From Candidatus Anstonellales archaeon (GTDB taxonomy: Archaea; Micrarchaeota; Micrarchaeia; Anstonellales; J096): DNA of 64,000 bases. The notes under the pieces are model-generated. The model was not told the DNA's origin. It was given only the letters and a program-made list of their open reading frames with translations, and ran no database searches. Shown piece by piece: positions 30,365 through 39,889 of this stretch (position 1 is the stretch's first letter; every line of letters starts with the position of its first letter). The stretch covers positions 160,001 through 224,000 of the forward strand of contig JAWACY010000002.1 in assembly GCA_038896535.1 (NCBI GenBank), read 5' to 3'. The position numbers and the translations under genes are program-made.

Positions 30365-32800
30365 TTAATTCGTTAATATTTCCCCGCTTCCTTTCTTACT
30401 GCTTTCATTCCCTTGTTTTGTTCCGCCTTTTATTCTTCTTATAAATTCTCTTGCTTTTTCTTCTATATCATGCTTAAAATTACTGTTCTCAAGAGAAAAT
30501 TCAGTGAGCCCTAAAACAAGCTTTTTCACTTCTTTATGTGATTTTAAATATCTATCAAGCCCATAACCGCCCATCAATGCACTAGATGTTCTCACATATT
30601 CATGGCCAAATCTTGCAGGATCTGCTAAATTTTCCGTTTTAACAAGCTCTGTTAGCTTTCTCAATATGTTATTATATTCGCCATAAAATTCCTTATACAA
30701 TTCAATTTTTGTCAGCTTGCTGTTGTTCAATAACTCTATGAAATCCCGCTCTCCTTTTATATGATCAGTGCTTTCACTCACAAACAGCATTAAACCATAA
30801 TCTGTATTATCAATAATTATTTGTCCGCCATAAATTAAAATATGTCCTTTTGTCCTTGCCTCTCTTACCAGCTCATTAAATTTGGGCGTATGCTCCATAT
30901 TAAAGGTGCCAGTTCCAAATAATGTCTCTATGTTTTTAATATAAATAAGTAAATTCTCTGCTTCAATAAGCTTTTCTTTTACTTCTGATATGTTTTTTGG
31001 CGTTACAGAAACAATACCATGCAAAAGCTCTGCTCCATCTACTTTTACTCCTATATATGGGTCTTCCCTACTTTTATGTTCTATAACTTTCTTTAATGAT
31101 AAATACTGCATTGATTCTAAAACCTTTGACGATATTAGTTCATCTCCAAAACCCATTACCCTGCCTTTTTTTTCATCCATTGATTTTTGCAAGTAATCTA
31201 TTACATGGGATAATGCTGTGCTTGTTGGCAATGCCCTTGTCAAAACATTATATATCATAACAACTGTATCTTCAACCAACCTTTCTTCATCTATTTCCCC
31301 AGTGCCTTTCCTTAATCTTGCATTAAATAGAGATTCAATAATTGAGAGTGTTAAGCTATCAATGTTTTCTTTCAATGCATCAAAAAATGCCCTTCTCATT
31401 GTTATCAATGCTGGCTCTTCTTCAATTTTATCTTTATTATAGAGTGCTTCAAGCAAGTCAAGCCTTCCAGACACTTCCATGAATCTGCCTAATCTGATGC
31501 TATCTTCATTAGCATTTTTTAATAATTTGTATATTTCTTCATTATTTATATTTATAGGGCTGTCAAATTTATCTCCTACCCTTTTTTGTATAACCATTTC
31601 TTCAAGCATTCTTTTTATATCTGCTCCTGTCACAAATGGAATAGAAGCAAATGTTTGTATTGCTCCTTGCTTATCTTTAAATACTATAGCAGGGTCTTCA
31701 AAACGTTTTATTAGAGTTTCTGCAATCTTTATTCTTGCTTGCATTGAAGGATAAGGCATATGCACTACTCTTAACCTACCAGACCTTGTTAAAGCTTCAT
31801 CAATCATAACAGGCCTGTTAGTTATGCCAACAACTGCTATGCCATTATTGAATGATGCCAATGAACTTGAATCTATCTGCTGCAAAAGCTGGTTTAAAGG
31901 AGCATTGCTCATTAAATCTCTTGAACCGACTGCATCTATTTCATCTATAAATATTATTACAGGAACGCCAGGAACAATTTTATTAATCAGAGAGATAAGG
32001 TAATTCTCAGTTATCCCATCATTATTGCCTTTTTTTGCAAGTTCTTTATTTATATCTTCTTTTAAACTTGTTATAAGCCTGCTTTCTGTAGCTTCTGATG
32101 GCTGTATAATATTAAGAAAAGAATCCGTATCCTTTATATGATTTGCAATCAAATTGCTATCTAAATTAACATTTTCAGCTATCTTGCTTATTATATCAGC
32201 AACTTTTATATTTTCTTCAAGCATTTGGGTTATTATTGATGCCCTTCTGAATAATCTTGAAATAAAAAATGCTGATTCTATTACTGAAGGATCTGCTAAA
32301 GTTGATGCTGTTAAAGTTATCTGTTTAACTCCAGTAAGCCTTGATAGCTCATTGACCAAATAGCTCTTACCAGTGCCTGGTGGTCCTTTTATTAATGTAT
32401 GTGGTTTCACTTCTGGTGGGTAATATTGAGGAGCAATCATTGGTATAAGCCTTAATATAATTTCATTCTTTATTCTGTTATCTATTGCATACCTGCCTTC
32501 AAACTTTTGTTCCAGCCATTCTACAAATGAATTATATTGCAATGCTTCTCTGATTGAGGCATTATACATTTTATAGTGTTTTTTTGCTTCTTCCTCAATT
32601 TTACTGTAATCAGCTTCATAATTGCCCCTTGGACTTTTTCCATCTTGTCCAATTACTGTCATCCCGCCCTCTGAATTTGCATTGTCTCCAAAATTAGGTT
32701 TATCTCCATTATTGCCCTCATTTCTATTGCCTTTATTCCAATTTCCTCTATCGCCATCTCCTTTTCTCCTATCATCATCCCCCAAATCCCATCTTGCCAT
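30365..32800 (-). CDS. AAA+ ATPase (classic clade, Cdc48-like) with a probable degenerate second module
   Basis: GPPGTGKS, IIFIDEIDAVG, LNQLLQQID, GITNRP, DEALTRSGRL, VTGADI. Confidence 0.85.
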   Translation of the reverse strand: MARWDLGDDDRRKGDGDRGNWNKGNRNEGNNGDKPNFGDNANSEGGMTVIGQDGKSPRGNYEADYSKIEEEAKKHYKMYNASIREALQYNSFVEWLEQKFEGRYAIDNRIKNEIILRLIPMIAPQYYPPEVKPHTLIKGPPGTGKSYLVNELSRLTGVKQITLTASTLADPSVIESAFFISRLFRRASIITQMLEENIKVADIISKIAENVNLDSNLIANHIKDTDSFLNIIQPSEATESRLITSLKEDINKELAKKGNNDGITENYLISLINKIVPGVPVIIFIDEIDAVGSRDLMSNAPLNQLLQQIDSSSLASFNNGIAVVGITNRPVMIDEALTRSGRLRVVHMPYPSMQARIKIAETLIKRFEDPAIVFKDKQGAIQTFASIPFVTGADIKRMLEEMVIQKRVGDKFDSPININNEEIYKLLKNANEDSIRLGRFMEVSGRLDLLEALYNKDKIEEEPALITMRRAFFDALKENIDSLTLSIIESLFNARLRKGTGEIDEERLVEDTVVMIYNVLTRALPTSTALSHVIDYLQKSMDEKKGRVMGFGDELISSKVLESMQYLSLKKVIEHKSREDPYIGVKVDGAELLHGIVSVTPKNISEVKEKLIEAENLLIYIKNIETLFGTGTFNMEHTPKFNELVREARTKGHILIYGGQIIIDNTDYGLMLFVSESTDHIKGERDFIELLNNSKLTKIELYKEFYGEYNNILRKLTELVKTENLADPARFGHEYVRTSSALMGGYGLDRYLKSHKEVKKLVLGLTEFSLENSNFKHDIEEKAREFIRRIKGGTKQGNESSKKGSGEILTN

Positions 32801-33140
32801 AAAACTAAATGCATAAGAAATATTTATAAATTTATACTTAATGATAAATCGTTATAAATCATTATTATAATTAATGATAAATTATCGCTTGCTAAATCTT
32901 GCTTCTGCTAAACCAAACATAACAAACATAAATAACTCTTGCTTTATTTTATTTTTTATTTCAACCTTTTTATTAAGCTTTTTATTAAATTACAATAGAA
33001 ATAGAAAAATTGGGGGACTGATTTCCCCATTCCCCAAAACCCTATCAATTCGGCTTAAATAATTAATAAACCGTAAATTTTATAAACTTTTCTTTTATTA
33101 TTTATGTTTTTTATTTATGTTATATAATTGATATTTTTTA

Positions 33141-33773
33141 CTATATTTCTATAAAATCTACTTCAACATCGTTTTTATTTACTCTTATTACGCCTGCTTT
33201 TCCTTCTTTTGCTGGGGGCAAGTTAATAAAATATGTATTTTCATGCTTTTCTATGCCAACAACTTCATGAATATGACCAAACACATTTAACAAAGGCTTT
33301 TTTTCTTTTATTATTGATGATATGGAGATGCTACCATAACCTTTATCCAAAATACCTTTCGGCGGACAATGAGTTATTAATATTGTATTATTATCAATAT
33401 CGAGATTTTTCATCTGCCTCATTATTTCATCTTCCTCAAGTTCTCCTGGAGTCTCAAATGGCGTTATTGGTGAAAAACCAAAACCAGCTATTTTATAAGA
33501 TTTAAAATTTACAACTTTATTATGTATGCTTAAACCAGCATCTCTATATTTCCGCTCAATTTCAAAACTCTCATTATTGCCAGGCACATAAAAACACGGC
33601 AGGCCTATTGATTTAACTACATTTATGACTTGATCAGCGAATATATAATATGAGCTTATATCTCCTGCCATTATGATAGCATCAAAACCAGAAAAATCAA
33701 ATGATTTTATGTTCATCAATACATTTTCTCTATCATGCAGATCAGCAATTGCAAAAAATTTTATACTTGCCAT
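33141..33773 (-). CDS. Calcineurin-like metallophosphoesterase
   Basis: ADLH, AGDI, VPGNNE, THCPP, FGHIHE. Confidence 0.9.
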   Translation of the reverse strand: MASIKFFAIADLHDRENVLMNIKSFDFSGFDAIIMAGDISSYYIFADQVINVVKSIGLPCFYVPGNNESFEIERKYRDAGLSIHNKVVNFKSYKIAGFGFSPITPFETPGELEEDEIMRQMKNLDIDNNTILITHCPPKGILDKGYGSISISSIIKEKKPLLNVFGHIHEVVGIEKHENTYFINLPPAKEGKAGVIRVNKNDVEVDFIEI

Positions 33774-33780
33774 ATTACCA

Positions 33781-34368
33781 TCAATTTTCTATCTTGTCAA
33801 ATGCACCATTCTTATAAAGGGCAAATAAAACAATTGATATTGCTATAATATTTATTTCCCATGTGTATTTTGAAAGTATCGTCAACATGCTTGCTGGCAA
33901 TATAAAAACTGCGAGAGTTAAGCATGTTGGGCAGGTTGAAACAAGCAATGTTGAAATAAATGATAAAGATGATAATGGCATCATATGAAAAGTATTTTTA
34001 ACTAATTTTCCATTATTTTTGGTCTCTTTATTATTGTCTTTTACTTCAATACATATGGGGTTTTTCAATAAATAGAGTTGATATGAGAATGATAAGCCAA
34101 AAAGCAAAGATAAAGCAAATACAAATAAAAGTTGATAAATATTTAGTGTTGAAATCCAGAAACCAATGTTATCGATCAAGCCAAAAACTTGGAAATATGA
34201 ATAAAAAAAGAAAAATGCAATGCTGAAAATTAAGAATGCTATAAAATAAAATGGGCTTGCTAAAATGCTTAATATCCTGTATTTCATATTCATATATTTA
34301 ACATTATCACTCATATGATTATTACTTATTATTAATATTTTTAAACTTTCCTCCATTATTTTTTCCAT
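33781..34368 (-). CDS. Membrane protein with a CPTC motif (start probably internal)
   Basis: Four hydrophobic segments; STCPTC. Confidence 0.65.
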   Translation of the reverse strand: MEKIMEESLKILIISNNHMSDNVKYMNMKYRILSILASPFYFIAFLIFSIAFFFFYSYFQVFGLIDNIGFWISTLNIYQLLFVFALSLLFGLSFSYQLYLLKNPICIEVKDNNKETKNNGKLVKNTFHMMPLSSLSFISTLLVSTCPTCLTLAVFILPASMLTILSKYTWEINIIAISIVLFALYKNGAFDKIEN

Positions 34369-34654
34369 TTATCCAGGCAGCATAATCTTTTGAAGCATTT
34401 GCTTTGAAATATATAAATTCGGGCAATTCATAATTTGAAAGCCTTTTTACTTCCTTCTCTATTATTTTAACATTCTGGTTCTTTGCCTTTATTATGATCA
34501 AATACTCTTTTGATTTTTGCTTTTTGCCTTCCCATAAATAAAAACTTTGCATGCTTATGATTTGTACGCATGAGGCAATATTTTTGCTTATCAATGCATT
34601 TGCTATGTTTTCTGCAACACTCTTTTTATCTGTTGTTGTGAAAGCAACAAGCAT
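34322..34654 (-). CDS. cutA: Divalent-cation tolerance protein CutA
   Basis: IASCVQI, S.Y.WEG, E..IIIK, YELPE, Y.AW. Confidence 0.9.
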   Translation of the reverse strand: MLVAFTTTDKKSVAENIANALISKNIASCVQIISMQSFYLWEGKKQKSKEYLIIIKAKNQNVKIIEKEVKRLSNYELPEFIYFKANASKDYAAWINGKNNGGKFKNINNK

Positions 34655-34701
34655 ATTAATTATTTAGCAATGTTTAAAAATAATTTATATACATTAATTA
34701 A

Positions 34702-35373
34702 ATGGAGATATTAAACAACGTGCTTGATAATGAAGCTTTATTGGGCAATTTAAAATTATCAATAAACGATGGCTTGTTATATCTGGGAAAAGGCAGTAAA
34801 TTTTTTATAATAGCGCCATCAAGATTGGGGCTAAGGGAAATAACAATTGATGCCAGAATACTTAAAATAAATGAAAAGCAAGCATATGTTTTTGATAAAA
34901 CAAATAAAGCATTTGTTATAAGCCCAAAAGAAGAGCATGGTGAATTAAAAATAGATATAAAGGAACTGACTTTGCCTTTTATTTTATCAAATCATTTTAG
35001 GGGATGCTCATATAATACAAATTTCCTTATCATAGACATAAAAAATGGCTCTTATATTATGCTTGTTGGTAATAATATCATTAGCAGCAAAATATCTATA
35101 TCAGATAAAGCAATGCCTTTCATGGTTAATGATGTAGGCGTAATAATAGATAAAAAAGACATGCACGTTATAAAAAATGGCATCAGAAATGTTTTGGTAT
35201 TAGCAAAAGCATTGAACACATCTTCATTAATGATAGATTATGAAAAAAGGAGAGGGGAAACAACAATATTCATATCTGATGGGACTTATGATGTTAAGAT
35301 GGTAATAAGCGATAATGGAAATATAAAATATGGAGAAAGGGCCAATATATTTTTCGAAAGCAAAAAAGAATAA
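34702..35373 (+). CDS. Hypothetical beta-rich protein
   Basis: 223-aa ORF, no motif recognised. Confidence 0.6.
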   Translation: MEILNNVLDNEALLGNLKLSINDGLLYLGKGSKFFIIAPSRLGLREITIDARILKINEKQAYVFDKTNKAFVISPKEEHGELKIDIKELTLPFILSNHFRGCSYNTNFLIIDIKNGSYIMLVGNNIISSKISISDKAMPFMVNDVGVIIDKKDMHVIKNGIRNVLVLAKALNTSSLMIDYEKRRGETTIFISDGTYDVKMVISDNGNIKYGERANIFFESKKE

Positions 35374-35432
35374 AGCATGGATAATTGGAAAATTGGAAAA
35401 AAGAGATATAGAATATAAAAATAGTGGTTTAA

Positions 35433-36230
35433 ATGGCAGGTTATAAATTGTTAAATTTTTTATCTTTGCCTAATTCATATCCATACAAATATGCATTAAT
35501 ATTCTTTCCATACGAGAAAAGCACTGGGTTTATGAAAGGCACTTCTAAATCATGGAAAGAAATCATAAAGCAGAGCCATAATATAGAAACATACGATTTT
35601 GAGCTTGGTACAAATGCTGTAGAAAAAGGCATATCTGCATTCTTAATAAGTAATAAGGATGATTTAAAAAATGTCATTGAAGAAACTAAAAAGCATAAAG
35701 CATTCAACATATTTATTGGAGGAGAGCATACTATAAGTTACTGGTCATCTAATTTTTTTCATTTCAATACATTTTTCTTATTCGATGCACATGCTGATTG
35801 TATGAATTTATATAAAGGCAAGAGCCTTACCCATGCAACATGGTTAAGAAGATTAATAGAAAAAAAACAAAAAAACATTGCTTTTTATATATCTGGATTG
35901 AGGATAGCAAGTAAAGAAGAACATTTATTCCTAAAAAGGCATAATGTTAAAACAAGCAAGAGTTTTATAAAATTGCATAATAAGGATATTTACTTATCAA
36001 TAGACCTTGATGCACTTGACATGTCAGCAATGCCTTGCTGCTCTAATCCAGAAGTTGCTGGTTTTTCATGGCACGAATTAATCAATAACATAGCATACTT
36101 AATTAAAAACAATAATGTTGTTGCTGTTGACATAGTTGAGCATAGGCCTATCAAAGGTTTAGAATTTTATAGCTATGCTGTTGGATGGTTAATATATAAA
36201 ATCCTTTGCCTTAAAGAAAAATATGGCTAA
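35433..36230 (+). CDS. speB: Agmatinase (ureohydrolase family)
   Basis: GGEHTIS, FDAHAD, SIDLDALD, NPEVAG, DIVE. Confidence 0.85.
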   Translation: MAGYKLLNFLSLPNSYPYKYALIFFPYEKSTGFMKGTSKSWKEIIKQSHNIETYDFELGTNAVEKGISAFLISNKDDLKNVIEETKKHKAFNIFIGGEHTISYWSSNFFHFNTFFLFDAHADCMNLYKGKSLTHATWLRRLIEKKQKNIAFYISGLRIASKEEHLFLKRHNVKTSKSFIKLHNKDIYLSIDLDALDMSAMPCCSNPEVAGFSWHELINNIAYLIKNNNVVAVDIVEHRPIKGLEFYSYAVGWLIYKILCLKEKYG

Positions 36231-37359
36231 TGTATTAATTGACAATGTAAATGCTTTTAATGTTGAAGAAATTGACACGGGGGAAGTTAAAAAAAGAGAG
36301 GAAGATTCAATAAATAACGGAAGGATAAGTTATAATCCAAAACAACTTGAGAAATGGTCTGGCATTTATGGCATAGTTGGCAATCATTCTGCTGTTCATA
36401 TATGCAAGTATACAAAAGACAGCTTACATGGTAAAGGGGGATGCTATAAAAATAAGTTTTATGGCATTGACACCCATAAGTGTGCTGAGATGAGCCCAGC
36501 AGCTGCTTGGTGTCATGAAGCATGTGTATTCTGTTGGAGGCCAATGGAGTGGTATTCAAGAATTAAAATGCCTGAAAACATGGTTGATAACCCAGAAGAG
36601 ATAATAAATGAAACAGTAAGAGTAAGAAAAAGGCTTTTATCTGGTTTTGGCGGAGATAAAAATGTACAGAAGGAGCTTTTCAGAAATGTTTATGATTCGT
36701 TTCCTAGCCATTGGGCTATAAGCCTCAGCGGAGAGCCTACCATATACCCTAAAATAGGACAGCTAATAAAAATATTAAAAAATACAGAAGGAGTAAAAAG
36801 TGTCTTTCTTGTGAGCAATGGGCAAGAGCCAGATGTATTATTAAAAATGAAAGAAGATAATGCATTGCCAACACAAATTTATATAAGCATAGATGCAAGC
36901 AATGAGGCACTCTTTAAAAAGATCAATAGAAGCTTATACAAAGATGGCTGGCAGAGATTAATGACTACTATAAAAGAAGTGCTGCCAAAGCTACCAACAA
37001 GAAGAGTACTCAGATATACATTAATAAAAGGCATGAATGATATGGAATATTTAGATAAAGAATATGCTGAAATATATGAGAAAAGCAAAGCTGATTATAT
37101 AGAAATCAAAGCTTACATGTTCCTAGGCCAGAGCAGACAGAGATTAAATATCGAAAATATGCCAACATTTGAATATGTTAAATCTTATGCAGAAAGATTA
37201 GTAAAAATCATGCCAAATTACAAAATAATAAATGAAGAAAAAAGGGCCAGAATTGTATTATTGAAGAGGAATGACAGCCCATTCAACGACAGAATAAAAA
37301 ACCCAGATGCATTAAAATCATTAAAAGAAAATGCAACATTGCCAAAAGAATGGGAATAA
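36223..37359 (+). CDS. taw1: 4-demethylwyosine synthase Taw1 (TYW1), radical SAM
   Basis: HSAVHIC, CYKNKFYGIDTHKC, CHEACVFCWR, AISLSGEPT, EIKAYM. Confidence 0.95.
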   Translation: MANVLIDNVNAFNVEEIDTGEVKKREEDSINNGRISYNPKQLEKWSGIYGIVGNHSAVHICKYTKDSLHGKGGCYKNKFYGIDTHKCAEMSPAAAWCHEACVFCWRPMEWYSRIKMPENMVDNPEEIINETVRVRKRLLSGFGGDKNVQKELFRNVYDSFPSHWAISLSGEPTIYPKIGQLIKILKNTEGVKSVFLVSNGQEPDVLLKMKEDNALPTQIYISIDASNEALFKKINRSLYKDGWQRLMTTIKEVLPKLPTRRVLRYTLIKGMNDMEYLDKEYAEIYEKSKADYIEIKAYMFLGQSRQRLNIENMPTFEYVKSYAERLVKIMPNYKIINEEKRARIVLLKRNDSPFNDRIKNPDALKSLKENATLPKEWE

Positions 37360-37441
37360 CAAAATGCTTTTATATTTTATTTCTTTTATTCCACATTTAC
37401 TCTCCTCACCTCAACAAAATAATAACAGCTGCTGGATATTT

Positions 37442-37892
37442 GTAAGAATAGCCATGTATAATCAAATTTGCCTTCTTACGAAGGGCTTAATAGGGGCTGG
37501 AAGTTTGTAAGAAGGCGTGTGTATAAGGGTTAGCGCCTTCTTACAGGGGAGGATAATTGTAAGAAGGCATGTGTAATAGTCAATTTGCCTTCTTACGAAG
37601 GGCTTAATAGGGGCTGGAAGTTTGTAAGAAGGCGTGTGTATAAGGGTTAGCGCCTTCTTACCACAGGGAATAATAGCGGCTGGATAATTGTAAGAAGGCA
37701 TGTGTAATAGGGTTAGTGCCTTCTTACCGGGAAGTTTGTAAGAAGGCGTGTGTAATAGGGTTAGTGCCTTCTTCAATAAGCGTATAATAGGGGCGGGATG
37801 TTTGTAAGAAGGCGTGTATATAAGGGTATTGCCTTCTTACAGGGGGGGAAGATTGTAAGAAGGCATGTTTATAAGGGTTAGCGCCTTCTTAC
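37442..37892 (+). repeat. Array 1: eight 37-38 bp palindromic units GTAAGAAGGC-N17/18-GCCTTCTTAC with related 10-28 bp linkers
   Basis: Units start at 37442 (degenerate), 37507, 37559, 37624, 37690, 37738, 37804 and 37855. Linkers are 27, 14, 27, 28, 10, 28 and 14 bp; linkers 1 and 3 are identical. Confidence 0.95.
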
Positions 37893-37949
37893 CACAAGAG
37901 TAAAGTAAAATTTATATATTCTTCTATTAAAATTTATTTGGTGCTTATT

Positions 37950-38690
37950 ATGAAACTAACATATCCTTCTGCAAAGGGTTTTGCTAAGGCATTAGAAGTT
38001 GTATGGAATATAGTAGATGAAGGGACTTTTAAAGTATCAAAAGAGGGCCTAAGACTGCTTGCAATGGATCCCAGCCAGATATCAATGATCGTTTTTACAA
38101 TGCCAAAAGAACTTTTTTCTGAATTTGATATTACAACAGAGACAAAAAATGTTGGGCTTGATTTGGCTTATACAAAAACAATACTAAAAACGGCAAGACA
38201 GCAAGAAACAATAACTCTGGAAGAAAAGGAAAAGAAGCTTGTAATAACATTCAAAAGCCAGAAATCAAGAAGGCAGTTCGTTGTGCCATTGCTTGATCTT
38301 GGAGAGGGGCCAACAAAAGAGCCAAATATAGATTATAATAATTTTGTAATAATAAAAGCAAGCGCACTGGATGGCATAGTAAATGATGCATCCTTAGCAA
38401 GCCATTATGTAAAATTAGTAATAAGCAATGATGGCCTTGAAATGTATGCAAAAAGTGAAACAGGAGAAAGCAATGCAGTTTTTGAAAAAGGAGATGAATT
38501 AATTGATATAAAGGCAGAAAATGGGGCAAAGGCCTTATACCCAGTCAAATATCTGAATGATATAATAAAAAGTTTGCCAAAAGATTCTGAAGTAAAATTA
38601 TATATAGAGACTGATAAACCATTAAAGTTGGAATCTAATGTAGAAGGAGCAAAAATAAGATATTATTTAGCTCCAGCAAGCGAGTCATAA
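37950..38690 (+). CDS. pcn: DNA polymerase sliding clamp PCNA
   Basis: AMDPSQISM, DKPL, YYLAP; typical length. Confidence 0.95.
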   Translation: MKLTYPSAKGFAKALEVVWNIVDEGTFKVSKEGLRLLAMDPSQISMIVFTMPKELFSEFDITTETKNVGLDLAYTKTILKTARQQETITLEEKEKKLVITFKSQKSRRQFVVPLLDLGEGPTKEPNIDYNNFVIIKASALDGIVNDASLASHYVKLVISNDGLEMYAKSETGESNAVFEKGDELIDIKAENGAKALYPVKYLNDIIKSLPKDSEVKLYIETDKPLKLESNVEGAKIRYYLAPASES

Positions 38691-38735
38691 GAATTTTAAA
38701 TTCTTTGTAATATTTAAATATAAAGGTGGTATTAG

Positions 38736-39137
38736 ATGGACCTAACTAGAATAAGCCCTTATAAACACATATTAAAGACAGCAGAAATGCTTAAAGCAAT
38801 GAGCTTAGAAAAGCCAAGCTTTGTTGATTTTGTTAAATCTGGGGCACATAAACAAAGGCCGCCAGAGCATGAGGACTTTTTTTATATTAGGGCTGCTGCA
38901 ATATTAAGAAAAGCTGCGAAAATGCCTGTTGGCGTAAATAGATTGAGAAAGGCATTTGGAGGAAGGAAAACAGGAAGGGTTAAACCAGAGCATAAAAGAA
39001 AAGCTGGGGGAAAAATAATAAGAGCAGCATTACAAAATCTTGAAAAGCTTGGATTATTGAAAAAAACTGAAAAAGGCAGAGTTATAACGAACAAGGGCAT
39101 GCAATTGCTTTCAAAAGCAGCAAAGGAAGCTAGATAA
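38736..39137 (+). CDS. rps19e: Ribosomal protein eS19
   Basis: FVKSG.HK.RPP, FYIRAAAILRK, G.IIRAALQ.LE, GRVIT. Confidence 0.95.
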   Translation: MDLTRISPYKHILKTAEMLKAMSLEKPSFVDFVKSGAHKQRPPEHEDFFYIRAAAILRKAAKMPVGVNRLRKAFGGRKTGRVKPEHKRKAGGKIIRAALQNLEKLGLLKKTEKGRVITNKGMQLLSKAAKEAR

Positions 39138-39138
39138 A

Positions 39139-39396
39139 ATGACAAAAGAGGATGAAATGGAAAAAATTGCAAAAATAAAGGCAACTGCATTGCAGTTATT
39201 CGAGCCAGAGGCATATACGAGATTTATGACTGTTATGCAGTATAACAGCGAAAAAGCAGTAAAGGCACTTGAATTATGTATGCAGTATTTCTACAAAAAA
39301 CAAAGGAAAATAAATGATGAAGAATTAAAAAATATATTATTTTATTTATCGCAAAATGAAAGGAAAGAGGGAAGCATACAAATAAAAAGAAAATGA
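39139..39396 (+). CDS. PDCD5-like DNA-binding protein
   Basis: PEAYTRF, KINDEELKNIL, C-terminal IKRK; canonical position after rps19e. Confidence 0.8.
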   Translation: MTKEDEMEKIAKIKATALQLFEPEAYTRFMTVMQYNSEKAVKALELCMQYFYKKQRKINDEELKNILFYLSQNERKEGSIQIKRK

Positions 39397-39435
39397 ATAA
39401 AAAAATAAATGATTATGATTTTATAGGGTGTGAAT

Positions 39436-39612
39436 ATGGCAAAAAATAACCTTGGAATAAAAATGAGACTTGCAAAAAAAACAAGGCAGAATAGGAGAGT
39501 GCCAGTATTTGCTTTTTTGAGAAGTAAAAGAAAAGTAAGGAATAATCCAAAACAAAGGAATTGGAGGACAGATAAAATAGGCACTAGAAATTGGAGAAAT
39601 AGAGGTAGATAA
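39436..39612 (+). CDS. rpl39e: Ribosomal protein eL39
   Basis: K.RLAKK.RQNRRVP, RNWR. Confidence 0.93.
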   Translation: MAKNNLGIKMRLAKKTRQNRRVPVFAFLRSKRKVRNNPKQRNWRTDKIGTRNWRNRGR

Positions 39613-39613
39613 A

Positions 39614-39889
39614 ATGACAGATAAAAAAGATAAAGGTAAAGAAAATGAAGAGATTGTTATGACAATAAATTTAAGGAGAGCGTATGAAAAGCCAAGGACA
39701 AAAAGGTTAAAAACTGCTGTAAAACTGTTGAGAGATGCAGTAAAAAGGTTTGCAAAAGTTAATGTTGTAAAAATATCAAACAGCATTAATCAGTTGTTCT
39801 TCAAAAAAAGCATAAAAAAGCCACCAAGAAAATTGAAAATAAAGGTAATAAAAGAAAAAGAGCAAGGAAGAGTTGAAAAAATAGAATGA
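39614..39889 (+). CDS. rpl31e: Ribosomal protein eL31
   Basis: TINLR, KR...AVK, VKIS..IN, KPPRKLKI. Confidence 0.92.
   Translation: MTDKKDKGKENEEIVMTINLRRAYEKPRTKRLKTAVKLLRDAVKRFAKVNVVKISNSINQLFFKKSIKKPPRKLKIKVIKEKEQGRVEKIE

Noticed and set aside
32874..33062. 62-aa plus-strand ORF
   Set aside because: Low-complexity intergenic translation with no RBS or motif
37404..37414. CCTCACCTCAA matching the 59.8 kb hairpin arm
   Set aside because: Single 11-mer; the minus-strand ORF behind it is only 8 codons; not enough support
37524..37533. Telomere-like TAAGGGTTAG in the unit cores
   Set aside because: Never more than about 1.5 copies in tandem; likely coincidental
37462..37776. 104-aa minus-strand repeat ORF (KKALTLLHTPSY...)
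   Set aside because: By-product of the DNA repeat: TTG start, and unit periods of 65 and 52 bp shift the frame between units
37442..37892. CRISPR or TIGR-type guide array
   Set aside because: Intervening sequences are homologous or identical and vary from 10 to 28 bp. There are no unique spacers, no box C/D motifs, and no cas or Nop-domain gene in the window.
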